The notes under the pieces: generated by a model | The model's database searches: none | Seen by the model: the letters and a program-made list of their open reading frames with translations, nothing else | Told to the model about the DNA's origin: nothing | Part shown: piece after piece, positions 32,140-42,508 of the stretch | Numbering within the stretch: position 1 is the stretch's first letter | Layout: every line of letters begins with the position of its first letter | Position numbers and translations under genes: made by a program | Assembly (NCBI GenBank): GCA_045536565.1 | Contig: JAZSNU010000011.1 | Span: 32,001-96,000, forward strand | Length of the DNA stretch: 64,000 nt | DNA from: Clostridia bacterium | Lineage (GTDB): Bacteria; Bacillota; Clostridia; TANB77; CAG-465 | Direction of reading: 5' to 3'

Positions 32140-32556
32140 ATGAATTTGGGTCAGCTATTGCACGAACTTGAACGGTCGTTCAAGGAAATGATAAGCGAAA
32201 CCAAGGATTATCTCCATAATCCTGTTATAAAAGATTTTGTAAGTCAAAAGGAAGCAGATTACCGGGAATTTAGAGAATTAGTATCTGAATATGATAGACA
32301 ACTTATAGTTCCTAAAATTATTGAAAGATTTCAAAAACGGAATGTTGAATCAAAATTTTACGGTATGTGTGTAAGATATGATAAATATTTTGATTATAAC
32401 AAACAAGTAAAAGCGGAGTTAGAAAACGAAATGTTTAGAACTGCTTTTAAGAAAGAAACAGCTAATGACATTCAGTTCGATGCCGATTATGCGATTCCTG
32501 ATGAACTTGACAAAAAAACTTTTGACAAATTATATGGAGAAGAAGTTGCTAGTTAA
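32140..32556 (+). CDS. Hypothetical protein
   Basis: AAGGAGG RBS, own extended -10 promoter and terminator. Confidence 0.7.
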   Translation: MNLGQLLHELERSFKEMISETKDYLHNPVIKDFVSQKEADYREFRELVSEYDRQLIVPKIIERFQKRNVESKFYGMCVRYDKYFDYNKQVKAELENEMFRTAFKKETANDIQFDADYAIPDELDKKTFDKLYGEEVAS

Positions 32557-32657
32557 ATACTAGCAATTTTTTTCTGTAAAATGTAATTAGTATTTATTGG
32601 ATTAAGAATAATTGAATATTGAACTTAAAAATGATAAAATATACACATGGTGATTAG

Positions 32658-33386
32658 ATGTATTATGAAATAAAAGATAATAACAAAAAAGAATGGATAG
32701 TTTTATTACATTGTATATGTGCAAATATGCATATTTTTGATGCATATTTAGATAAATTAAGTGAGAGATATAACATATTAAGTATAGATTTACCTGGGCA
32801 TGGTGAAAGTAGAGAATATAGTGATAAAATTGGGTTTAAAGAGGTTGCAGAAAAAATAATTAAAATTACGGAGGAAAACAATATAGATAAATTTGCAATT
32901 TGGGGGATATCTTTGGGAAGTGTTGTTGCAAAATACATTTTACAAATGGTACCTCAAAAAATAGATAAAATAGTATTTGAGAGTCCTGCTTTTTATATTG
33001 AAAATAAAGTGTATTTATCTATGTTTAGATTATTTAATAAAGTTAAATATATAATACCAAAAACCATATATCTTAAATCTTTTATATATGCTGTTATTCC
33101 AGGAAAAAACAGAAAATATATGAGAAAAGATATGTATGATATGTTAAGAAAATCAAATTATAACATATTGAGTATTTGGTTAGGACTTTTAAATAATGAA
33201 TATAAATGTAAGAATTTTGATACTTTAAATAATTCTAATATTGATAAATATTATATATTGGGTGATAAAGATTATATATTCAAAAATGGAACAATTAATA
33301 ATATAAAAGAAAATGAATATAACAAAGTAATTATTGAGAAAAACTGTGGACATTTATGTCATTTAGAAACGACTATTTCAATTTAG
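32658..33386 (+). CDS. Alpha/beta hydrolase
   Basis: IDLPGHGES, GISLG nucleophile elbow, GDKD, GHLCH. Confidence 0.88.
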   Translation: MYYEIKDNNKKEWIVLLHCICANMHIFDAYLDKLSERYNILSIDLPGHGESREYSDKIGFKEVAEKIIKITEENNIDKFAIWGISLGSVVAKYILQMVPQKIDKIVFESPAFYIENKVYLSMFRLFNKVKYIIPKTIYLKSFIYAVIPGKNRKYMRKDMYDMLRKSNYNILSIWLGLLNNEYKCKNFDTLNNSNIDKYYILGDKDYIFKNGTINNIKENEYNKVIIEKNCGHLCHLETTISI

Positions 33387-33413
33387 AGATAGTTGTTTTT
33401 ATAATTCGCCAAC

Positions 33414-33442
33414 TTGACATAAATATAGGAGGGTGATATAAT
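33414..33442 (+). promoter_or_regulatory. Consensus sigma-A promoter with an adjacent Spo0A-type box
   Basis: TTGACA, 17 bp, TATAAT with TG extension; TTCGCCA (reverse of TGNCGAA) at 33405-33411. Confidence 0.7.
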
Positions 33443-33493
33443 AAAGGGCGTATTAAATGGTAAAAAACGATTCTAATTAGGAGGTTTGGAAAT

Positions 33494-34273
33494 ATGATAT
33501 ATAAAGAAATAGATAATAAGAAGAATAAGTGGATAGTATTAATACACTGTGTTTGTGGAAATGAAAAAATATTTAATGAGCAATTATCATTATTAAAACA
33601 GTATTATAACATAGCAATCGTACGGCTGGCAGGACATGAAATTGATTCTAAAATTAACGAAGCAACATTTAGCTATGTTGTAGAGAAAATTCGTGATTTT
33701 GTTTTGAAAAAAAGGACAAAGATTGATTTGTTAGGTGTATCAATAGGTGCAATGATTGCTACAAAGTATTTAACAATATACCCTGATGATGTAAACAAGG
33801 CATATTTAATAGGTAATATATATGGGTTTTCATTACCATTGTTTAAAACTGGTTATATGCTCTTAACAAGAGTTAATAAACTATTACCAAGAAGTGTTTA
33901 TATGTATTTTATTACAAAGCTTATATTGCCAGGAAAAAAAGAACATTCTCAGAGAAAGAAATTATATAAATATTCATTGAAAATGAAACCAGAATTTTTA
34001 TATTTATGGATGTCTGAAATGGGAAAGTTTATACTACAAGGCGAAGGCTACTTGAATGTGACTTTATCTAATAACAATAACAATAACATTAAACTTATAT
34101 ATGGTGAGCATGATAATATGTTTTTGAATTGGGTTAAAAAAAGATTAAAAGGTAGAGATAAATCTATATTACATATTATGAAAGATTCAGGACACTTGTG
34201 TAATATTGATAATCCTAATAGCATTAATACAATTATAAAGGAGGATAACGATGAAGAATTTGGCTATAATTGA
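33494..34273 (+). CDS. Alpha/beta hydrolase (paralog of the upstream gene)
   Basis: LAGHE, GVSIG, GEHD, GHLCNID. Confidence 0.85.
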   Translation: MIYKEIDNKKNKWIVLIHCVCGNEKIFNEQLSLLKQYYNIAIVRLAGHEIDSKINEATFSYVVEKIRDFVLKKRTKIDLLGVSIGAMIATKYLTIYPDDVNKAYLIGNIYGFSLPLFKTGYMLLTRVNKLLPRSVYMYFITKLILPGKKEHSQRKKLYKYSLKMKPEFLYLWMSEMGKFILQGEGYLNVTLSNNNNNNIKLIYGEHDNMFLNWVKKRLKGRDKSILHIMKDSGHLCNIDNPNSINTIIKEDNDEEFGYN

Positions 34274-34871
34274 TATTGATGGAACTATTACAGATTTTTA
34301 TAAAGTTGACCGCGAAATTATTTCTGAGTTGTATGGGAATAATAAAGTTATAAAATTATTAGATAAAATTCTATGGAAAATAAATTCTATGGATATTATA
34401 ACTAATAGATTTTTTATTTTTAAACTAAGAATTATGCTGTATAGTTTTCTTAATAAATCTAGTTTCGATAAGGATTTTGAAACATATAAAGAAAAATATA
34501 TAGCTTACGCAAAACATTATTTTAAGACTTTTATGAAGAACGAATATGTAACTATAAAAGAAAAAGGATTAAAAGTTCTTTTGCTTACATGTGACCCGTT
34601 TGACGGTTTTTGTGATAATAGAGTTACAGTTGTTCAAAATAAAATTGGATATGTACTCGATAATGTTTTAGGTAAATACGATAAAATCTATGTAATAGGT
34701 AATAATTATATGGATGATATAAAAATAGGATTAAGACTTAGAAAAAAAATAAAAGAATCTGGCAGCGTAAGTGTTTTTTATATTGGTAATAGCTCAGTGC
34801 TCAAAAGATACTTGAAAAATAAAGATGTTTTTACTTTTCAATATCTAAAAGATGCAGTTAAGAAAATATAA
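34251..34871 (+). CDS. HAD-superfamily hydrolase-like protein
   Basis: DIDGT motif I; IGNNYMDD motif IV-like. Confidence 0.7.
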   Translation: MKNLAIIDIDGTITDFYKVDREIISELYGNNKVIKLLDKILWKINSMDIITNRFFIFKLRIMLYSFLNKSSFDKDFETYKEKYIAYAKHYFKTFMKNEYVTIKEKGLKVLLLTCDPFDGFCDNRVTVVQNKIGYVLDNVLGKYDKIYVIGNNYMDDIKIGLRLRKKIKESGSVSVFYIGNSSVLKRYLKNKDVFTFQYLKDAVKKI

Positions 34872-34991
34872 ACCATCAATTATTTTATTAATTTGGTGGT
34901 TTATATTATGCATATTTTTAATACTACATTAATATAATATAAATAGGGCGAATGAGTAAAAATATAATAATTTATTTAAGGAGGTTTCAAT

Positions 34992-35393
34992 ATGAATAAT
35001 TTTGTTATTGAAAAGAAAAGGTTAAAATGTAAAAATCAGGAACCAATTATCAAACATTATGTGTTAGGGTATATTTTAGAGTGTATTGTTCGAAAAGATT
35101 ATAACATTAAACTTAATATTGAAAGATTTTTAGTATACGAACTAAAAATTATATCTTTAAGTACATTTTTAAATTGTATTCAAAAGATAAGATTAAGTAG
35201 AACGCTTGAGGGTGATGAAAATATCATAAAATGTGCTGATTTATTAGACATGATTGAAATTATTAAATATGATTATTTTGCACAAACAAGAATAGTAGAA
35301 AAATTACAAACTTATGCAGAAAATTATGATGACGGAATATACATAAATTCAAAAATGGCAGTAACTAATTTCTCTATTGTTAAGAATTTCTGA
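34992..35393 (+). CDS. Hypothetical protein
   Basis: AAGGAGGT RBS; terminator-like hairpin downstream. Confidence 0.65.
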   Translation: MNNFVIEKKRLKCKNQEPIIKHYVLGYILECIVRKDYNIKLNIERFLVYELKIISLSTFLNCIQKIRLSRTLEGDENIIKCADLLDMIEIIKYDYFAQTRIVEKLQTYAENYDDGIYINSKMAVTNFSIVKNF

Positions 35394-35507
35394 TTTTTAA
35401 GAGATATCAAGGATGATATCTCTTCTTTTTTTTGTAAAAAAGGTTTACAAAATTTGTTAAATAGTTTACAATAATAGTTGTAATTTTATTTAATAAAGGA
35501 GAAAAAG

Positions 35508-37118
35508 ATGATAGCAGCAAATAATGTAACATTAAGATTTGGAAAAAGAGTATTGTTTGAAGATGTAAATATTAAATTTACAGCAGGAAATTGTTATGGA
35601 TTAATAGGTGCAAATGGTGCAGGAAAATCTACATTTTTGAAAATATTATCAGGAGAAATAGAACCAAGTAATGGTGAAATAAATATAACTACTGGTGAGA
35701 GAATGTCAGTACTTAAACAAAACCATTATGAATACGATGATTTTGATGTTCTTACCACTGTTATAATGGGAAATCAAAAGTTATATAGCGTAATGAAAGA
35801 AAGAGAAGCTATATACATGAAAGAAGATTTTTCAGATGAAGATGGAATAAGAGCAGGAGTATTAGAGGCGGAATTTGCAGAAATGAATGGCTGGGATGCA
35901 GAGTCAGATGCAGCGATACTTTTAAATGGTTTAGGAATAGAAACAGAATTGCATCAAAAATACATGAGAGAATTAACAGGTGCTGAAAAGGTAAAAGTAC
36001 TTCTTGCACAGGCTTTGTTTGGAAACCCAGATATATTACTTCTAGATGAGCCAACAAACCATTTAGACATTGAGGCTATAAGATGGCTTGAAGAGTTTTT
36101 AATTAATTTTGAAAATACAGTTATAGTAGTATCTCACGATAGATATTTCTTGAATAAAGTATGTACTCATATAGCAGATATTGATTATGGAAAAATACAA
36201 TTATTTGTTGGTAACTATGATTTCTGGTATGAATCAAGTCAGTTAATACAAAGACAAATGAGAGAGGCAAACAAGAAAAAAGAAGATAAAATTAAAGAAC
36301 TTCAAGAATTTATAGCAAGATTTAGTGCTAATGCTTCTAAATCTAAACAAGCAACTTCAAGAAAGAAAATGTTAGAAAAAATCGAACTAGATGATATAAA
36401 ACCATCTAGTAGAAGATATCCATATATAGATTTTAAACCAGATAGAGAAATAGGAAATGATGTACTTGTTGTAAAAAATGTTTCTAAAACTATTGATGGT
36501 GAAAAAGTATTAGATAATGTAAGTTTTACACTTACAAAAGATGATAAGGTAGCTTTTGTTGGGGATAATGTTATTGGAATAACAGCTTTGCTAGGTATTT
36601 TAGCCGGAGATATAGAGCCAGATTCGGGTGAGATTAAGTATGGTCAAACAATTACTACATCATATTTCCCAAAAGATAATACTAAATATTTTAGTAATGA
36701 AGTGAGCCTTCTTGATTGGCTTAGAGAATATTCAAAAGAAAAAGATGACACATTTGTAAGAAGTTTCTTAGGTAGAATGCTATTTTCAGGTGAAGAAGGA
36801 TTGAAGAAAACAAATGTAATATCGGGAGGAGAGAGAGTAAGATGTATGCTTGCTAAAATGATGTTATCAGGTGCAAATCTTCTTATTCTTGATCAACCAA
36901 CAAACCATTTGGATATGGAATCTATTACTGCATTAAACAATGGAATGATATCATTTAAAGGTGTATTATTATTTGCATCATATGATCATCAATTTGTTCA
37001 AACAACAGCAAATAGAATTATAGAGGTAAAAAAGGACGGAATAGTAGATAGAAGAACTACATATGATGAATATTTAGATTATAGTGAGTCGGCGAGAAAA
37101 TCAGTAAATGAAGTATAA
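35508..37118 (+). CDS. ABC-F family ATPase (YbiT-like)
   Basis: Two ABC domains, GANGAGKST, LDEPTNHLD; no TM segment. Confidence 0.92.
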   Translation: MIAANNVTLRFGKRVLFEDVNIKFTAGNCYGLIGANGAGKSTFLKILSGEIEPSNGEINITTGERMSVLKQNHYEYDDFDVLTTVIMGNQKLYSVMKEREAIYMKEDFSDEDGIRAGVLEAEFAEMNGWDAESDAAILLNGLGIETELHQKYMRELTGAEKVKVLLAQALFGNPDILLLDEPTNHLDIEAIRWLEEFLINFENTVIVVSHDRYFLNKVCTHIADIDYGKIQLFVGNYDFWYESSQLIQRQMREANKKKEDKIKELQEFIARFSANASKSKQATSRKKMLEKIELDDIKPSSRRYPYIDFKPDREIGNDVLVVKNVSKTIDGEKVLDNVSFTLTKDDKVAFVGDNVIGITALLGILAGDIEPDSGEIKYGQTITTSYFPKDNTKYFSNEVSLLDWLREYSKEKDDTFVRSFLGRMLFSGEEGLKKTNVISGGERVRCMLAKMMLSGANLLILDQPTNHLDMESITALNNGMISFKGVLLFASYDHQFVQTTANRIIEVKKDGIVDRRTTYDEYLDYSESARKSVNEV

Positions 37119-37217
37119 ATTATATAAGGTGTATATAGAAATATATATGCCTTTTTCTTTGTCTTGTAACCTTTTCTTGCAAAATATCATAGCATATATC
37201 ATATGGAGGTATTGTAT

Positions 37218-38240
37218 ATGGATATAATTGTACAAAAATATGGTGGTACATCGGTTGCAGATAAAGAAAAATTGGAACAAGTTTGTAATAAAATAATAAA
37301 TACATATAACAAGGGGATAGGTGTAGTGGTTGTTGTATCAGCACAGGGAAAGACAACTGATAATTTAATATCCAAAGCAAAAGAATATACACAAGAAACA
37401 TATGAAAGGGAAATGGATTTACTTTTATCTACTGGTGAAATTCAAACAGTAGCACTTTTATCCATGATGTTAAAAGATAAGGGATATAATGTAATGTCAA
37501 TGACAGGTGAACAAGCAGGTATAATTACAAATGGTGATTATGGAAGTGCAAAAATAGTAAAAATTATAAAAGAAAATATAGAAAAATATGTTTATGATGG
37601 AAACATTGTGGTAGTTGCAGGTTTTCAAGGTGTAGATAAATTTGGAAATATTAATACATTAGGTAGAGGTGGAAGTGATTTATCTGCTGTTGCAATTAGT
37701 GTAGCACTTGGTGCAAAAGAATGTCAAATTTATACAGATGTAGATGGCATATATACGGCAGACCCAAGAATTGTAAAAAATGCAAAATTGTTAAAGTCAT
37801 TATCGTATGAAGAAATATTAGAGGCGGCAACAGCAGGAGCAAAAGTATTACATAATAGGTCGGTTGGTGTTGGGCGTATATATGATATGCCAATTAGGGT
37901 AAAAAATACTTGTAATGAAACAAGGGGTACAGAAGTTATTAATATAAAATATGATGATAAAGGTGAAATTTTAGAAAATTATGGTGCAAAGATAATTACT
38001 AAAAATGATGATGTATCTAAAATAACAATAGTAGGTGATAGTCTAATTTCTTATCCAGAACATTTTAATAAGATATTTACATTAGCAGCAGATAATAAAA
38101 TACAATTAATTATGATATCATTTAGTGAAACAGCTATTAATATTATAGTAAAAAAAGATGTAGCTGAAAGATTTACTAATATATTGCATGATGAGATAAT
38201 TGATGGAAGAGCAAAAGATAATAATATAGATGAAAATTGA
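37218..38240 (+). CDS. lysC: Aspartate kinase
   Basis: VQKYGGTSV, VVSAQGKTTD, GFQG, TLGRGGSD, YTDVDG; GGAGGT RBS before ATG 37218. Confidence 0.9.
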   Translation: MDIIVQKYGGTSVADKEKLEQVCNKIINTYNKGIGVVVVVSAQGKTTDNLISKAKEYTQETYEREMDLLLSTGEIQTVALLSMMLKDKGYNVMSMTGEQAGIITNGDYGSAKIVKIIKENIEKYVYDGNIVVVAGFQGVDKFGNINTLGRGGSDLSAVAISVALGAKECQIYTDVDGIYTADPRIVKNAKLLKSLSYEEILEAATAGAKVLHNRSVGVGRIYDMPIRVKNTCNETRGTEVINIKYDDKGEILENYGAKIITKNDDVSKITIVGDSLISYPEHFNKIFTLAADNKIQLIMISFSETAINIIVKKDVAERFTNILHDEIIDGRAKDNNIDEN

Positions 38241-38445
38241 TATTAAATGTTTAGAGCGTTAAATCAATATAAAATAGTGTGTAAAATGATGTGAAATAAG
38301 TATACTTCACATCATTTGCTTATTAATAATATGTGAAAGATTGCTTGTTTGGAAAAAATTGACAAAGTTCCCCTTTGTGTTGTATAATATTTCTATCAAT
38401 AAATTTGCATAATTATTTAATAATATTATGAAAGGGGAATTTACT

Positions 38446-39777
38446 ATGCAATTATCAAAGTTTTTTCACGCGATACCTATAAACAATGAAATCTATGCTC
38501 TATATAACTCTTTGTTAATGGATATTATTTTTGTTAACAAAGAAGAATATACGGATATAGTGTTACTTAGATCCGCGGATATAGATACATTAAAAGAATA
38601 TGGTATATATGTAGAAGATGAATCTAGGGACGAAGATGCACTTCTAGTTATGCAAGAGGAATATGAAAAACTTAATCGGAAAATTGAAATAATGTATTTT
38701 ATTGTTTCTACTGGGTGTAATCTTAAATGTAAGTATTGTTTTGAGGAAGAAAGTAAGCATAATAATCATAGTGAGATTAATATGAGTTATGAAATCGCTA
38801 TGACAGCTGCTAAAAAGTATGTTGAATATTTGGAAAGGCATGATATTGAAAAACCACAGGTTATATTTTATGGTGGGGAGCCATTAGTAAATTGGGATAT
38901 TGTAAAAAGTGTTATAAATTACATATCTTCATGTAATTCTAAGGTTAAATTTAATATTGTTACTAACGGAACATTGATTGATGATGAAAAAGCTAAATAC
39001 ATTTCTGAACATGATGTAGAAGTTGGTATTTCGCTCGATGGCCCTAAATGTATTAATGATTATAACAGGATATTTAGAGTTGAAAATAATAGTGTTTATG
39101 ATACTGTTATGAAGAAAATAGATATACTAAAAAATTACAAATGCAAATATGGTTTATCAATTACAATATCTCAAGCATTAATTGATTCTAAAGACAAGGT
39201 TTTAGAGTGGTTAAAGACATCAGGTCTTCAGAGTGTTTTTTATAATTTATATCATTATGGAGAGGTTTCGGATACTTGGGAAGATTTTTATAATGAAATG
39301 AGTAATTATCTAATAGAGTCATATAATAATCTTTCAACTATTGGAATTGCTGATGGTAGACTTAATAGAAAAATCGATAGTTTATTGGACAACAAAATAA
39401 AATTCTCTGATTGTGCTGCTGTTGGTGTGAATCAATTGACAATAAAGCCAAATGGTGATGTTATAGTTTGTCATGGATATGTAAAAACAGACAAGTATGT
39501 TTTAGGAAATATTAAAGACAAAGCTATTGAAGAACTAGCATATTCTGAAGGTACAAATATCTGGAAAAGCCTGGCTCCAATATATAATGAAGAATGCTTG
39601 AAATGTGATTCATTATATATATGCGGTGGTGGCTGTTCTATGCAATCGGAAGCTTTATTTGGAGGAGTGCAAAATATCGACAGAGCTTTTTGTATTCATT
39701 CTAAAAAAAGTTTGTATTGGTTGCTTGAAAGGCTGTATGAAGCCTCTATAGAACAAATAAATAAGAAAGGAGAATAA
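38446..39777 (+). CDS. Radical SAM/SPASM peptide maturase
   Basis: CNLKCKYC, FYGGEPL, TNG, SLDG; SPASM C..GDV..C..CxxC.....CGGGC..C. Confidence 0.93.
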   Translation: MQLSKFFHAIPINNEIYALYNSLLMDIIFVNKEEYTDIVLLRSADIDTLKEYGIYVEDESRDEDALLVMQEEYEKLNRKIEIMYFIVSTGCNLKCKYCFEEESKHNNHSEINMSYEIAMTAAKKYVEYLERHDIEKPQVIFYGGEPLVNWDIVKSVINYISSCNSKVKFNIVTNGTLIDDEKAKYISEHDVEVGISLDGPKCINDYNRIFRVENNSVYDTVMKKIDILKNYKCKYGLSITISQALIDSKDKVLEWLKTSGLQSVFYNLYHYGEVSDTWEDFYNEMSNYLIESYNNLSTIGIADGRLNRKIDSLLDNKIKFSDCAAVGVNQLTIKPNGDVIVCHGYVKTDKYVLGNIKDKAIEELAYSEGTNIWKSLAPIYNEECLKCDSLYICGGGCSMQSEALFGGVQNIDRAFCIHSKKSLYWLLERLYEASIEQINKKGE

Positions 39778-39782
39778 GCAAC

Positions 39783-39950
39783 ATGTTGAAGTCTTCGAAG
39801 AAATCCTTGAAAAAGGTACTTCCAAAAGAAGCAAAAACATTCGCATCTACATGCGCATGCGGAATTTGCAGTGGTGGAAGTGGAAACTGCAAAGGTTGCC
39901 AGGATAAAAATGTAGACACGAAAACTGTCAAACAGATTTATTCTAAGTAA
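39783..39950 (+). CDS. Cys-rich RiPP precursor (55 aa), absent from the ORF track
   Basis: MLKSSKKSLKKVLPKEAKTFASTCACGICSGGSGNCKGCQDKNVDTKTVKQIYSK; AAGGAG RBS; 5 nt after the maturase stop. Confidence 0.85.
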   Translation: MLKSSKKSLKKVLPKEAKTFASTCACGICSGGSGNCKGCQDKNVDTKTVKQIYSK

Positions 39951-39961
39951 CCTAAAAAATG

Positions 39962-39993
39962 TACTAGGTAAGTGATAGTTCACTTACCTAGTA
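39962..39993. terminator. Bidirectional terminator
   Basis: Perfect 14-bp stem TACTAGGTAAGTGA-TAGT-TCACTTACCTAGTA between convergent genes. Confidence 0.75.
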
Positions 39994-40529
39994 TTTTTAC
40001 ACCAATTTTGAAATTCAATAGAACTTATATGATAAGAGGGTTTGATATATTTATTACATATATAAAACTCATCTGACAAGACTTCATTAAATGTATTTTT
40101 TATATATTCTTTAAAGTAAAATGATATAGTATTTATCGCATCAATTTCAGAGTTGTATTCAAATATTCCGTTTTCATTATTAGAAGAGTTATCTTCTATA
40201 TTGTACCATTTGCCATTTAATGAATATAATATAAATGTATGGGTTTGATGTATATCTAAATCATCGTTTTTATATTCTAGATAATATGTGTTATTTGGAA
40301 TATTGTTTGAATTAAAATAATATCTATATAACTCTACAACATCCCAACACCATGCACATTTATTTTTTAAAGTATCGTGTGGAGATTGAAGTATATATAA
40401 TTTATCAATATCTACATGTTCAAAATCATTGGGATAATACTTATTGCCAAAAGTATCTACAAATCCATATTTAATTTCTTGTTTAACATATTTATATAAT
40501 TCAGAAGGGTTCATTTCTAAAAAATTCAT
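39984..40529 (-). CDS. Transglutaminase/papain-like fold hypothetical protein
   Basis: CWD..E, THTF, WYNIED spacing fits a Cys-His-acid triad; GGTGA RBS before ATG 40529. Confidence 0.55.
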   Translation of the reverse strand: MNFLEMNPSELYKYVKQEIKYGFVDTFGNKYYPNDFEHVDIDKLYILQSPHDTLKNKCAWCWDVVELYRYYFNSNNIPNNTYYLEYKNDDLDIHQTHTFILYSLNGKWYNIEDNSSNNENGIFEYNSEIDAINTISFYFKEYIKNTFNEVLSDEFYICNKYIKPSYHISSIEFQNWCKNTR

Positions 40530-40646
40530 TATAATCACCAAGCAAATAATAGCATAATATTTAGAAAAATTCAAGTTTTGTATGAGTTAAACAATATTGA
40601 TTATCCTCTCGCATTATGATATATTACAGTTATGGAGAGTTAGTTT

Positions 40647-41397
40647 ATGAATAGTAAATTTGATGAATATTATTCTGCTTTTTTGGATATAGATAATGCA
40701 GTTAAAATAAATAACATATGGTATATTCGGAACAGACAATAGAGATATTCCCTTAAATAAAGAGTTCTTTTATCCAGTTATATTAACAAAATATAATGGG
40801 AAAATATATTTGTCTGTTTCTAATAAATACTATGATGTTATATTAAACACTATAAAAGATATTGATTTTACATTGCTTAGTAACAATGAAATTATTTCTA
40901 TATTCCAAAATATATTTTCAAACATGATAGATAATTTTGAAGTAAAAGAAATGTATAGAATGTGTAAAGATACAATAATAAGTATATTAGATAGTAAGGC
41001 CGTACTTTTAAATAATGATACAAAACAGTATTTTATGAATACTGGAAATAGAGCAAGTGATGTTAGTTTTAAAGAAAAGAAATGGGAACAGCTTAAATAT
41101 ATATTAGATAGTGAAATGATATATATTGTTCCAAGTGATAATAAGATTTCATCAATTGCATTTACATCAGATATTTATTATAGAGGGGCTAATATTGTTG
41201 TAAATACTAATGAAAAATATAGAAGAAAAGGGTATGGTAAGATGGCAGTAGCAGCTCTTACAAATTCAATATTGGAAAAGAAGTTATTACCTATATATTT
41301 TGTAAATGTAAATAATGAGTCATCTATAAATCTTGCAAAATCATTAGGATATAAAAGTATGGCTTTGGAAATAGTTTTATGCGTAAAAAATAGATGA
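40647..41397 (+). pseudogene. GNAT acetyltransferase split by a frameshift near 40702-40712 (real lesion or sequencing error)
   Basis: ATG 40647 with GGAGAG RBS stops at 40742; the +1 frame opens at 40711 and runs to YRRKGYGK..N..SINLAKSLGY. Confidence 0.65.
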
Positions 41398-41500
41398 AAC
41401 ATTAATAATTATGTAATATATACTTTTCACTTTGTGGGTTGACATAAAATTGAAAACGCGGTATAATTATATTATAAAAAAATATTAAGGAGGATTTCTA

Positions 41501-42073
41501 ATGAAATGCTGTTTTTTGTTTAGAAGTAAAATACCCGCTGAAAATTTGTTTAAATTTCTCAAAAATGAATTAAAAGGTGAAGTAAGGCTAACAAGTTATA
41601 TTGGTTATCCAATAATTTATGTTCAAGAAGATGAATATGAGACTGCAATTATAAAAGGTTCTCAGTACGCTAAAAGATATACACTTGACTGTTGGTGGCT
41701 TGATATAAGTCAAAGAAGAGTGATTATTCCATATGTTCCTGTTGCATATGCTGAAATCTATAAAGAAGGTAAGTTTGAAGATGGTTCTTGGAAAAAATCT
41801 ACAACTGATAAAATAAGGGCACTTACAAAACTTGCAAGTAAAGCACTGAAAAGAGAGGTAATATTTGAAGAGACACCATGTAAAGATGTTCGATTTTACA
41901 TTAAGAGAACAGACGATATGCATGAAATTCATCAGACACAAAGAGTAATGTTTTCAAAAGTTTTTGCTACTTCCGTTCAAAATGTTATATTTAAAAGAGC
42001 CGTTTTATGTGATTATTTTGGAAAACATATAATTCAAATGAAAGATGTCGAAGAAATAGGAGAAGATAATTAA
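41501..42073 (+). CDS. Hypothetical protein
   Basis: TTGACA/TATAAT promoter and AAGGAGG RBS. Confidence 0.7.
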   Translation: MKCCFLFRSKIPAENLFKFLKNELKGEVRLTSYIGYPIIYVQEDEYETAIIKGSQYAKRYTLDCWWLDISQRRVIIPYVPVAYAEIYKEGKFEDGSWKKSTTDKIRALTKLASKALKREVIFEETPCKDVRFYIKRTDDMHEIHQTQRVMFSKVFATSVQNVIFKRAVLCDYFGKHIIQMKDVEEIGEDN

Positions 42074-42144
42074 TGGTATTAACTAAGTATTGCTGTTAGT
42101 ATGTGTTTACTGTTAACACTATATAATTATTAGGAGGATTTTTT

Positions 42145-42336
42145 ATGAAATTATTTTTACGGGTAATAGGATTTTTGCTTATTGCAATGGGTATAATTAC
42201 AATAGGATACATATCAATAACCAATTGGAAAGATTCTGAATTAATCATATACATGAATCATTGGAAAATAGTGATACCATCAATCATTTCGGTATTTGTT
42301 GGTTATTTCATGTTGTATATTTCAGAAAAACATTAA
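42145..42336 (+). CDS. Small two-TM membrane protein
   Basis: AGGAGG RBS; two hydrophobic helices; terminator follows. Confidence 0.65.
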   Translation: MKLFLRVIGFLLIAMGIITIGYISITNWKDSELIIYMNHWKIVIPSIISVFVGYFMLYISEKH

Positions 42337-42508
42337 CTTTTAAAGCTGCATTAATATTGCAGCTTTTTCATTTATAAAAAGTAACTTGTTGTTATTTTTT
42401 TATAAAATTATTTGCATAATATTATAATAGTTCTTTATAATATTATTACCATATATTTGATTGACAACAAATAGCATAAATGATAAAATACCAAACAGGT
42501 GATGATAT

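Noticed and set aside
31300-35400. Integrative element or prophage at tRNA-Trp
   Set aside because: No integrase, no phage genes and no duplicated tRNA 3' end were seen.
39696-39983. Two minus-strand ORFs in the track
   Set aside because: They are antisense to the plus-strand RiPP precursor, which has an RBS and operon context.
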